DNA from: Planctomycetota bacterium | GTDB lineage: Bacteria; Planctomycetota; SZUA-567; H5-PLA8 | Assembly (NCBI GenBank): GCA_045863855.1 | Contig: BTVV01000001.1 | Span: forward strand, 64,001 to 128,000 | DNA: 64,000 nt | Direction of reading: 5' to 3' | Shown: one piece after another, positions 1 to 8,808 of the stretch | Layout of the letters: each line of letters opens with the position of its first letter | How positions within the stretch are numbered: the first letter of the stretch is position 1 | The notes under the pieces: generated by a model | Seen by the model: the letters and a program-made list of their open reading frames with translations, nothing else | Databases searched by the model: none | Told to the model about the DNA's origin: nothing | Position numbers and translations under genes: made by a program

Positions 1-23
1 GCGGGGGCATTCAAAGTTCATAA

Positions 24-1058
24 CTATTCGGATGGGCTTGGCGCGGGGCGTTCGTCGGGCAGGCCGACGTCGGCGGGGGTCGGGGGTTCGGGGGGCGCGG
101 GGATCTGGACCGGTTCGACGGTTTCGAAGTCGGGCCAGCCGGGGATTTCGGCGACGAGGGCGGCGAACCAATGCAGTTTGCCCTTCGGCGCGGGAAGCGG
201 ATCGGGCAGGCGCAGGGTCACGGCGCCTTCGCGGCCGGCGCCGGCCGGGAGCGGCGTTTCGGGCTCGCTGAGGAATTCGGCGCGATGTACGCATTCGAGG
301 CGTTGGGTGACCGATTTTTGCCACCACTTGGCTTTGGGAAAATAGGCGTCGACGCCCAGCAGGATCACTTTGACGGCCACGCGCGTATCGCGGCGGGCTT
401 CGATCTTCCAGGCCACCCGGACTTCTCCTGCGGCGTTCGCGTGCAGCGGCGTGTGCAGCGCGGCGCGGAGCACCCTGACGGCGAGGTAGCCGTGCATGCA
501 GTTGAGCGCGTGAATGTTGAAGAGCGCGGCGGCGAGCGCGCAGGGGATCGCCACGAAATGCGTGACGGAGCCGCTCCAGAAGACCCCGGCCAGCGCGAGG
601 TCGTAAGCCAGCACGCCGGCGGCGATGGGCAGGGCGTAGCGCGCATTGCGTAAGGGATGGCCGAGGGAGCTCATGCCGGCGGAATCGACCGGGATGTCCT
701 TGCCGAGTTCGGAGAGGCGTTTGCCGAAGGCGGTGGGTTCGGGTTTGCGGGCGTGCCAATATTCGAGGGCGCTCCAGACCAGGAGCATGTAGGCGAAGGA
801 GCCCAGGCCCAGGACCCAAGCGCGGTTGGCGGCGCGGTAGCGTTCGCGTTCTTCTTCGCGCCGGGCTTCGCGGACGGGATCGCGTTCGAGCTGCACGGGG
901 CCGGGCGGTTCGTCGGGCCCGCGTTGCGCGCGTTGGAAAAAGATTCCGGCGGCGACGGCGAGGAAGATACCGGCCAGCATGACGAAGATGCAGCATCCGG
1001 GCGCGCAGCCGTCGGCGGTTTCGGCGGGGGGCGTGGCGGGCGGGGGCGCGTCGGGCAT
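24..1058 (-). CDS. hypothetical membrane protein
   Basis: 344-aa ORF with about four hydrophobic segments and Pro-rich termini; no family recognised. Confidence 0.7.
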   Translation of the reverse strand: MPDAPPPATPPAETADGCAPGCCIFVMLAGIFLAVAAGIFFQRAQRGPDEPPGPVQLERDPVREARREEERERYRAANRAWVLGLGSFAYMLLVWSALEYWHARKPEPTAFGKRLSELGKDIPVDSAGMSSLGHPLRNARYALPIAAGVLAYDLALAGVFWSGSVTHFVAIPCALAAALFNIHALNCMHGYLAVRVLRAALHTPLHANAAGEVRVAWKIEARRDTRVAVKVILLGVDAYFPKAKWWQKSVTQRLECVHRAEFLSEPETPLPAGAGREGAVTLRLPDPLPAPKGKLHWFAALVAEIPGWPDFETVEPVQIPAPPEPPTPADVGLPDERPAPSPSE

Positions 1059-1243
1059 GTTTGGTGCGGTGAGTTTAGCGGCAAAACGGGAACGAATTCA
1101 AAGTTCAAAATTTTAAATTCAAAAAGTGGGGGTCATTGGGCGGCTGCGCAGCATTTTAATGCCACTCGCCGAGGGAATTAACTCTTAGCGGTCTCGCATA
1201 CGTTTCATTCGTTCATGGAGCGCGCTGCGCGCGACTGTTGAGT

Positions 1244-1277
1244 CCACCTCCCCTGCCCCTCCTTGGCAAGGAGGGGA
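1244..1277. repeat. REP-like GC-rich hairpin
   Basis: CCCCTCCTT-GGC-AAGGAGGGG inverted repeat preceded by a C-rich run; same style as the hairpins at 1835 and 3089. Confidence 0.55.
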
Positions 1278-1315
1278 TACGGCCCGTCAAAGGCCAAAGA
1301 ACTCGGCGAGGCCGC

Positions 1316-1579
1316 TTAGCTCCCGGTTTGCTGCTGCTTCTTTTTCTGCTCCTCTTCTTCGCGCATCTTGCGTTCGAGTTCGAAAAGCGCGTCCTTGTCT
1401 TCGGGATCGATCCCGTACATGGCGAGCAGGTGGCTGAGCACTTTGAGGCGCTGGGTCTTGCGGAGCATGTGTTCGGCGGCGCATTTGGGGCAGATGGGGT
1501 GCGCGTCGGCTCCGGCGCCGACTTCCCAGTCGTCGGGGAGCGGGCCTTCGCATTGGGAGCAGGTGCGGACTTGGGCCAT
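1316..1579 (-). CDS. small Zn-ribbon-like protein
   Basis: MAQVRTCSQC...PICPKC (two CxxC motifs) and a charged C-terminal helix; ATG at 1579 has GGAG upstream. Confidence 0.7.
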   Translation of the reverse strand: MAQVRTCSQCEGPLPDDWEVGAGADAHPICPKCAAEHMLRKTQRLKVLSHLLAMYGIDPEDKDALFELERKMREEEEQKKKQQQTGS

Positions 1580-1834
1580 GGCGATACGGAGGACTCCGCG
1601 CCTGAGCAGATTCGATAAGGGTCGGCGCCGGCTGGGCGCTTTTGCGTCGGAGTTCATCTTGCCCCCTTGGGCGCTGGCGTCAATAGGGCTGCGGGCACAG
1701 GTGCGTCGTCGGGACGCGCCGGGGCCTCCTTATATATAGGGGCGGGCGGGGAGAGGAGGGGTTACGGGCGATTTCGGATTGCGAATGGAACGGCGGGGGC
1801 CACCGCGACGGCTACTGCAACGGCGAACAGCTAC

Positions 1835-1965
1835 GGCACCCCCCATCCTGCCTTCCCCCACAGGGGGGGAAGGTTTCATCACGGCGCTGCGCGCCTTGAA
1901 GGGCAACGGATTATTTCGCGCTTACGCGCTGGTACGGCAACGGCTTCGGCGCTTACGCGCTGCTA
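1835..1965 (+). repeat. 131-bp direct repeat, copy 1 (REP-like composite)
   Basis: matches 3089-3219 at 129/131 by manual alignment; contains a CCTTCCCCC...GGGGGAAGG hairpin and CGCGCTTACGCG units. Confidence 0.9.
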
Positions 1966-1983
1966 GGGCAAGGGTTTTGGCGC

Positions 1984-2997
1984 TTAAAGGTCAGGCCGCA
2001 GCGCTCGTTTGGCTTTTTCCAACTTGGATTGGTTCCATCCATACAGGCTCGCGATCAACCGAATCGCTTGCCCCGAGCATTCGGCATCCAGTTGCACGGC
2101 ATCCTCTTGCTTGGTCCATTCGGCAACCGGAAGGCGCACGGGATGGTCGGGGCGGGCTTCGAGCAGAACCTGTTCGGGCGGTCGCTCGAATTCGCCCAGG
2201 GCGATGGTCGTCCAGAAAACGGAGGCAGGCGGGTCGAGCGTGGCTTCGCGGTTGAGCGCCGCCGCGGCTTCCGCGTATCGATCAGTTGCTAAACCTCCTC
2301 CGAATTTAATGTGGTACGGCTCGCCGAGGGCTGCCAGCGCTTCGAGACTGAACCGGCCAGCTTCGCGGTCCGGGCCGATCATCAACCGCGCGCCGTGCGG
2401 ATTGAGTCCGTGGGGCTCGGAATCCACGCATTCGACTTCGCAGGAGGCATTCGTCGCGACAAGTACGAAAGCACCGGGCGGCCGGTCTTCGACGCGAAAA
2501 TGTCGCTCCAGACCGAGCACTTCAAGCGTTTGCATCCAGCGGGCGCGCCGGATCGAGAGATCGCGATGCGCCGGTGAATTCCCTCCGACGTGGAAATAGA
2601 AAAAGCGGGCCGCTTGACGCCGGCCGCAAGCGACCGTAAGCGCGGTGTATTTCACATCGAAACGAGCGGAGGGCGCCAGATCCGAGAGCAGTACCGAAAC
2701 CAGGCACTGATCGAATGGGTTGTAGCACCGATCTTGGATGCGGTTGCAATAGAGCAAACCGTCTGCCGTCGCCGGCACGTGAGCGTCGAGCGAGACGTCC
2801 AGCATCGTGAAGGGCTTCAGGTCAGGTAGTTGCCGACGGTGGAGGTTCAATAGCAACGAATTCTTTTTAGCGTAAATTTTGAACTTAAGCCCTTCGATCC
2901 GGCTGCGCCATTCGGCCAGCGTTTGACTTAGCGCTTCGCGTTCGATGGTAGCCACCGTGAATTCATCAAAGCAGGCTCTCATGCCGCAGCGCTCCAT
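1984..2997 (-). CDS. hypothetical protein, lower GC, between direct repeats
   Basis: 337-aa ORF filling the space between the two repeat copies; visibly more AT-rich at its 5' end. Confidence 0.6.
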   Translation of the reverse strand: MERCGMRACFDEFTVATIEREALSQTLAEWRSRIEGLKFKIYAKKNSLLLNLHRRQLPDLKPFTMLDVSLDAHVPATADGLLYCNRIQDRCYNPFDQCLVSVLLSDLAPSARFDVKYTALTVACGRRQAARFFYFHVGGNSPAHRDLSIRRARWMQTLEVLGLERHFRVEDRPPGAFVLVATNASCEVECVDSEPHGLNPHGARLMIGPDREAGRFSLEALAALGEPYHIKFGGGLATDRYAEAAAALNREATLDPPASVFWTTIALGEFERPPEQVLLEARPDHPVRLPVAEWTKQEDAVQLDAECSGQAIRLIASLYGWNQSKLEKAKRALRPDL

Positions 2998-3088
2998 TTT
3001 CGATAGGCTCTTATGATGCCCATTTGGGCTTGTTCAGGCAAGAGATGACGGTGAGCAGTTAACGGTAAACGGCAACGGCAAGGTCACA

Positions 3089-3251
3089 GGCACCCCCCAT
3101 CCTGCCTTCCCCCACAGGGGGGGAAGGTTTCATCACGGCGCTGCGCGCCTTGAAGGGTAACGGATTATTTCGCGCTTACGCGCTGCTACGGCAACGGCTT
3201 CGGCGCTTACGCGCTGCTACGGCAACGGATTATTCGCGCTTTCGCGCTGCT
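3089..3251 (+). repeat. 131-bp direct repeat, copy 2, plus one extra tandem subunit
   Basis: 3089-3219 matches copy 1; followed by a third GGCAACGGATTATTCGCGCTTTCGCGCTGCT unit. Confidence 0.9.
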
Positions 3252-3276
3252 CACTTCCCACTATCTTGAACGCGCT

Positions 3277-4854
3277 ATGGGTACGCTCCCGCCAAACTCC
3301 GATGCTCCCACTCCGCCCTCAACCCTGGGCCTCGACGACTTGCGCCGCTGCGTGGAACTCTTGGAGCGAATCGTCGCTGACCGGGGACTCTTGGCGGACG
3401 CTCCGCCGGAGTTGCGCCGGGCGCTCTTGATGGCCGCGGGACGCGTCTCGCGGCCGGGTTCGCGCGAGGAACGCAAACTGGCGAAGGCGTTCCGGAAGGG
3501 CGACCGGCGGCGGGTGCGCGAGCGCGACCGAGAGGCTGTGAAGGCGGCGGAGATCCGGGTGGCGCGGGAAGCGCCGGTCTTCGTGGCTCCGGAAGCGCGC
3601 ACGCTGCCGCCAGCGGAAGCCGAAGCTCGGCCGGACTTGCTGACGGCGAAGGATTGCTACGTCTGCAAGCGGGCGTACACGAAGGTGCACTTCTTCTACG
3701 ATTCGATGTGCCCCGACTGCGCCGCGTTCAATTACGCCAAACGCTTCCAGTCGGCGCCGCTGGACGGGCGCGCCGCGCTGGTCACGGGCGCTCGGGTGAA
3801 AATCGGCTTCCAGACGGCGTTGAAACTCTTGCGCGCCGGCGCGAGCGTGGTGGCGACGACGCGCTTCCCGCACGACGCGGCCGAACGCTACTCGCGCGAG
3901 CCGGATTTCGCGGCATGGCGCGAGCGCTTGCAGATCCACGGACTGGACTTGCGGCATTCGCCGAGCGTCGAACTCTTCGCGCGTTATCTCGCTCAGCGCT
4001 TGGGCCGCTTGGATATCCTGATCAACAACGCCTGCCAGACGGTGCGCCGTCCGCCGGGCTTCTACGCGGACTTGATCGAATTAGAGTCGAAAAAGCTGGC
4101 AGAATTGCCGGAGCCGCTGCGCGGGCCGGTGGGCGCGCATCACGAATTGAAGGCCGCTCTGGCGCAAACCGCGCTGGAACAGGGGGGCTCGGCCGACCCG
4201 GCCGGTCTGGCGGCGTGGCACGGCGGCGCGCGCGGCTCGGCGGCGGGGCTGCTGGAGTCGGCGCGCTTGTCGCTGATCCCGTACGCGTACGAGGAAACGG
4301 CTCGGCGGGAGGATCTCTTTCCGGCGGGCCGAACGGACGCGGACCGGCAGCAGGTGGACTTGCGCGCGCAGAACAGTTGGCGGCTCACACTGGCCGAGGT
4401 GCCCACGCCGGAGCTGCTGGAGGTGCATCTCGTCAACGCGGTGTCGCCGTTCATTCTGTGCAGCCGCTTGAAGCCGCTGCTGCTGAAGGATCGTTCGCGC
4501 GCGCGGTACATCGTCAACGTCTCGGCGATGGAGGGCATTTTCTCGCGCGGCACCAAGACCGCTCGGCATCCTCACACGAACATGGCGAAGGCGGCGCTGA
4601 ACATGCTGACGTGCACGTCGGCGCGGGAGTACGAACGCGACGGGATCTACATGACGGCGGTGGATACGGGTTGGGTGACGGACGAGGATCCTGCGGCGCT
4701 TGCCGAACGCAAACGGGAGGAGCTGGATTTTCAGCCGCCGCTGGACATCGTCGACGGGGCCGCTCGCGTGCTGGACCCGATCTTTTCGGGGGAGACGACG
4801 GGCCGGCCGTACTGGGGCGTATTTTTGAAGGATTACGGTCCATCGGCGTGGTGA
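3277..4854 (+). CDS. SDR family NAD(P)-dependent oxidoreductase with N-terminal Cys4 motif
   Basis: LVTGARVKIG Rossmann motif, LDILINNA, IVNVSAMEG, HTNMAKAALN; CYVC...CPDC upstream. Confidence 0.85.
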   Translation: MGTLPPNSDAPTPPSTLGLDDLRRCVELLERIVADRGLLADAPPELRRALLMAAGRVSRPGSREERKLAKAFRKGDRRRVRERDREAVKAAEIRVAREAPVFVAPEARTLPPAEAEARPDLLTAKDCYVCKRAYTKVHFFYDSMCPDCAAFNYAKRFQSAPLDGRAALVTGARVKIGFQTALKLLRAGASVVATTRFPHDAAERYSREPDFAAWRERLQIHGLDLRHSPSVELFARYLAQRLGRLDILINNACQTVRRPPGFYADLIELESKKLAELPEPLRGPVGAHHELKAALAQTALEQGGSADPAGLAAWHGGARGSAAGLLESARLSLIPYAYEETARREDLFPAGRTDADRQQVDLRAQNSWRLTLAEVPTPELLEVHLVNAVSPFILCSRLKPLLLKDRSRARYIVNVSAMEGIFSRGTKTARHPHTNMAKAALNMLTCTSAREYERDGIYMTAVDTGWVTDEDPAALAERKREELDFQPPLDIVDGAARVLDPIFSGETTGRPYWGVFLKDYGPSAW

Positions 4855-5028
4855 CGGTATGGATAACCGGTGCAGAAACCGGTGAAGTACGTGTGCAAAA
4901 CAATTTTTGAGCCCATAATTTTCGATCTTCCTCAAATGCAGGCTTCTCGCAGTGGGTTCGCGGTCTCGGATTGCTAAACTAGGTTCGACTTCTATTCGCT
5001 CAGTCCACGCGATTCCGAGGCCTCTCCC

Positions 5029-8000
5029 ATGCCCGACTTCTGCCATTTGCACTCGCATTCGCAGTATTCGCTGCTCGACGGCGCATCGCGGATCAAGGAT
5101 TTGCTGCAGCGCGCGCGGAAGATGAAGCAGCCGGCGGTGGCGATCACCGATCACGGGAACATGTTCGGGGCGATCGAGTTTTACAAGACGGCGGAGGAGT
5201 TGAACAAGGCGGCGAAGGAGAAGGGCGAGCCGGAGGTGAAGCCGATTCTGGGCATGGAGGCGTACGTCGTGCCCGACGGCGAATCGCGGACGAAGCGCGA
5301 GAAGGTGGACGGGGATTACGACCACCACTGCCTGCTGTGGGCGTCTACGGACGCGGGCTACAAGAATCTGATGAAGCTTTCGAGCAAGGCGTACGCGGAA
5401 GGCTTCTACATGCATCCGCGGATCGACCTGGATCTGCTGGCCGAGTACGGGAAGGGGATCATCGCCAGCAGCGGTTGCCTGGGCAGCGAGGTGCCGAACG
5501 CGATTCTGCACAAGGATTACGAGTCGGCGAAGAAGCTGGCCGGTCGCTACATGGAGATCGTGGGGAAGGAGAATTTCTACTTCGAATTGCAGAATCAATG
5601 CGGCGCGATCGCGGACCAGCATCCGCACGACGAGGAGGTTCAGAACCTTTTCCGTCTTCAGAAGAAAGTGAACGAGGCGGTCATGAAGCTCGCCAAGGAA
5701 CTGGGCGGCAAGGTAATCGCGACGAACGATTCGCACTACACGAGCCGCGACGACGCCGAGGCTCACGACGCGCTGCTGTGCATCGGGACGGGTAAGCTGA
5801 TCGGGGACACGAACCGCTTGAAGTTCGCGTGCAGCGAATTTTACTTGAAATCGAGCGAGGAAATGGCGGTTCTGTTCAAGGACGTTCCGCAGGCGCTGAC
5901 GAACACGCTGGAGATTGCCGAGCGCTGCAACGTGAAGCTGGCGTTCGGGGCTTACCACTTTCCGAAGTTCAAGATACCGGACGGTCGGGACGAGGCGGAG
6001 TATTTCCGCGAGCTGGTCTACGCGGGGTTGAAGAAGCGCTACGGGGCGAAGCTGCCGGCCGAGGTGAAGGCGCGGGCCGAGGAAGAGCTGCGCGTGCTGC
6101 AGAAGATGGGCTTTATCGGTTACCTGCTGATCGTCTGGGACATCGTTCACACGGCTCGCGAGAAGAAGGGGATTCCGGTCGGGCCGGGGCGCGGGAGCGC
6201 GGCGGGATCGATCGCGACGTACGCGCTGGGCATCACGAACCTCGACCCGCTGCGCTACAACCTGCTCTTCGAGCGCTTCGTGAACGAAGGCCGCAACGAG
6301 ATGCCGGATATCGACATCGACTTCTGCCCCGCTCGCCGGGCGGAAGTGATCGATTACGTGCAGGACACGTACGGGCGCGACTGCACAGCGGGGATCATCA
6401 CGTTCAACACGATGGCGGCAAAGGCGAGCGTTCGCGATCTGGGGCGCGTGATGGACTGGCCGCTGCCGGAGGTGGACAAGGTCGCGAAGATGATCCCGAT
6501 GCTGCCCGGGAAAAAGGTGACGCTGCAGCCGCGCAGCGGCGACGACGACGCGGTGCATGTGGTCGACGACGAGCCGGACATGAAGAGCTTGTACGAGACG
6601 GACGACCGGACACGGAAGCTGATCGATCTGGCCCGGCGCATCGAGGGGCTGGCGCGCAATCCGGGGCGGCACGCGGCGGGGATCGTGGTCGCGGACAAGG
6701 ACATCACGGAATATTGCCCGTTGTACAAGGACAAAGACGGCGCGCTGCTGACGCAGTACGAGATGGCTCATATCGACAGCGTGGGGCTGCTGAAGATCGA
6801 CATCTTGGGCCTGCAGAACCTGACGATCCTCGATCTGGCCAAGCATTTCATCAAAGAGCGGCGCGGGATAGACATCGATCTGGACAAGCTGCCGCTGGAC
6901 GACCAGGCGACGTACGCGATGCTGGCGCGCGGCGAGGCGAAGGGGGTCTTTCAGTTCGAGTCGGACGGGATGGTGCGGATGCTGACGGAGGCGCGTCCGG
7001 ACTGCCTCGAGGATCTGATCGCGCTGAACGCGATGTACCGTCCGGGTCCGATGCAGAACATCCCGACGTTCATCAACCGCAAGCACGGGCGGGAGAAACT
7101 GGAGTACCTGGTGCCGGAGCTGGAGCCGATCCTGAAGGACACGTACGGCGTGATCGTGTACCAGGAGCAGGTGATGCAGATCGCGAACTTGCTGGGCGGA
7201 TTCTCGCTGAGCGAAGCGGACAAATTGCGCAAGGCGATGGGCAAGAAAAAGAAGGACATCATGGAGAAGTACGGCCAGCTTTTCGCGGACGGCTGCGCGA
7301 AGAACGGGATCCCGAAGGAGAAGGCGCGGGAGCTGTACGACCTGATCGCGAAGTTCGCGGAGTACGGCTTCAACAAGTCGCACAGCGCGGCGTATGCGTT
7401 CGTGGCGTACCAGACGGCGTATTTGAAGGCCAATTATCCGGCGGAATACATGGCGGCGCTGTTGAGCCTGAACCAGGGCAGCACGGACGACGTGGTGAGT
7501 TACATCGAAGAGGCGCGGCGGATCGGTCTGGAGGTGCTGGGGCCGGACGTGAACGTGAGCGGGGTGCATTTCGGGATCGAGAACGACAAGACGCTGCGCT
7601 TGTCGCTGGCGGCGATGAAGGGGGTGGGGACGAAGGCGGTGGAGGCGCTGGAGGCGGAGCGGAAGGCGAACGGTCCGTTCAAGGATTTGTACGAATTCTG
7701 CGAGCGAATCGACGGTAAATTGGCGAACAAGGGCTGCGTGGAAGGTCTGATCCGTGGCGGCGCGTTCGACAATCTGGCCGAGAGTGGCGGGCGCGCGCAG
7801 CTCGTGGCGGCGCTGGAGGACGCCATGGCCGCGGGCGCTTCGGCGCGGCGCGACCGGGAGAGCGGGCAGAGCAACCTTTTCGGCGGGGGCGAGGAGCTGG
7901 GCGCTGCGAAGCGCAAGCTGCCGGATGTACCGGAGTGGCCGGAGCCGCAGCGCCTGGAGGAAGAGAAGAAGGTGCTGGGCTTCTATTTCTCGGGGCATCC

Positions 8001-8745
8001 GCTGGCGGACGTGCGCGAGATCGTGGCGGGGATTTCGTCGGCGAGCTGCCGGAAGCTGGCGGACCTGGACGACGGGCTGGAGGTGATCCTGGGCGCGTAC
8101 GTGAACGCGGTGCAGCCGAAGCAGACGCGCGCGACGGGGGAGAAGATGGCGGTGCTGGACCTGGAGGACTGGGAGAACGGGAGCATCCAGGCGGTTATTT
8201 TCCCGAAAACGTACACGAAATACCGGGATCTGATTCAGCCGGACCGGATTCTATTTTTCCGCGGGCGCTTGAAGCGCAGCGAGATGGGCGGCGGCGAATT
8301 GACGATCATGGCCGACGAGCTGATGACGGTCGAGGACGCGGTGCGGCGGTTTTTGGGTTCGATCGTGATCACGCTGCGCGAGGACGAAGCGCTGCTTCCG
8401 GCTCAGGCGCAGACACGCGGGCACGGGAAAGCGCCGGGCGCGGCGGCGAAGGGGGAGTCGAAGCAGGCGGCCAAGGCGTTCGCGCAGCGGCTGGAGTCGC
8501 TGGCGGGACTGATTCAGGCGCATCCGGGGCGCAGCGCGGTCTGGTTCCAGGTGGAAGTGGACGTGGAGGGCGGCGGGTCGGCGCAGGTGGTGGTGCAGGC
8601 GGGGGAGGACGTGCGGGTGAAGCCGAGCGCGGAGTTGTTCGCGGGCTTGCGCGAGATCTTGCCGCGCGGGAGTCTGCGCGTGCTGGGCGAGGGGACGAAG
8701 CCGAAGCGTCCGGCGGAGCCGGCGTGGCGGCGCAGGGCGTCGTGA
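5029..8745 (+). CDS. dnaE: DNA polymerase III alpha subunit
   Basis: PHP domain HLHSHSQYSLLDGA/TDHGNM, GPGRGSAAGS, PDIDIDF, GFNKSHSAAY, C-terminal OB fold; 1238 aa. Confidence 0.98.
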   Translation: MPDFCHLHSHSQYSLLDGASRIKDLLQRARKMKQPAVAITDHGNMFGAIEFYKTAEELNKAAKEKGEPEVKPILGMEAYVVPDGESRTKREKVDGDYDHHCLLWASTDAGYKNLMKLSSKAYAEGFYMHPRIDLDLLAEYGKGIIASSGCLGSEVPNAILHKDYESAKKLAGRYMEIVGKENFYFELQNQCGAIADQHPHDEEVQNLFRLQKKVNEAVMKLAKELGGKVIATNDSHYTSRDDAEAHDALLCIGTGKLIGDTNRLKFACSEFYLKSSEEMAVLFKDVPQALTNTLEIAERCNVKLAFGAYHFPKFKIPDGRDEAEYFRELVYAGLKKRYGAKLPAEVKARAEEELRVLQKMGFIGYLLIVWDIVHTAREKKGIPVGPGRGSAAGSIATYALGITNLDPLRYNLLFERFVNEGRNEMPDIDIDFCPARRAEVIDYVQDTYGRDCTAGIITFNTMAAKASVRDLGRVMDWPLPEVDKVAKMIPMLPGKKVTLQPRSGDDDAVHVVDDEPDMKSLYETDDRTRKLIDLARRIEGLARNPGRHAAGIVVADKDITEYCPLYKDKDGALLTQYEMAHIDSVGLLKIDILGLQNLTILDLAKHFIKERRGIDIDLDKLPLDDQATYAMLARGEAKGVFQFESDGMVRMLTEARPDCLEDLIALNAMYRPGPMQNIPTFINRKHGREKLEYLVPELEPILKDTYGVIVYQEQVMQIANLLGGFSLSEADKLRKAMGKKKKDIMEKYGQLFADGCAKNGIPKEKARELYDLIAKFAEYGFNKSHSAAYAFVAYQTAYLKANYPAEYMAALLSLNQGSTDDVVSYIEEARRIGLEVLGPDVNVSGVHFGIENDKTLRLSLAAMKGVGTKAVEALEAERKANGPFKDLYEFCERIDGKLANKGCVEGLIRGGAFDNLAESGGRAQLVAALEDAMAAGASARRDRESGQSNLFGGGEELGAAKRKLPDVPEWPEPQRLEEEKKVLGFYFSGHPLADVREIVAGISSASCRKLADLDDGLEVILGAYVNAVQPKQTRATGEKMAVLDLEDWENGSIQAVIFPKTYTKYRDLIQPDRILFFRGRLKRSEMGGGELTIMADELMTVEDAVRRFLGSIVITLREDEALLPAQAQTRGHGKAPGAAAKGESKQAAKAFAQRLESLAGLIQAHPGRSAVWFQVEVDVEGGGSAQVVVQAGEDVRVKPSAELFAGLREILPRGSLRVLGEGTKPKRPAEPAWRRRAS

Positions 8746-8748
8746 GCT

Positions 8749-8798
8749 AAACGGCAAACGTCAAACGGCAAGAACCGACCCAACAAACATCAAACGGC
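8749..8798 (+). repeat. AAACGGC-type heptamer tandem repeats
   Basis: AAACGGC AAACGTC AAACGGC ... AAACATC AAACGGC between convergent genes. Confidence 0.6.
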
Positions 8799-8808
8799 CA
8801 CGTCGCGG

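Noticed and set aside
1835..1965. Integron attC site
   Set aside because: No RYYYAAC...GTTRRRY ends and no integrase in the window
3156..3251. Possible mini CRISPR array (31-34-nt repeats)
   Set aside because: Units are directly adjacent with no unique spacers, and no cas genes are present
4081..7998. 1305-aa ORF on the minus strand
   Set aside because: Antisense shadow of dnaE and the SDR gene; R/H/V/L-rich composition typical of high-GC reverse frames
5029..8745. Intein or split in dnaE
   Set aside because: Length and motif order are continuous; no intein signature seen
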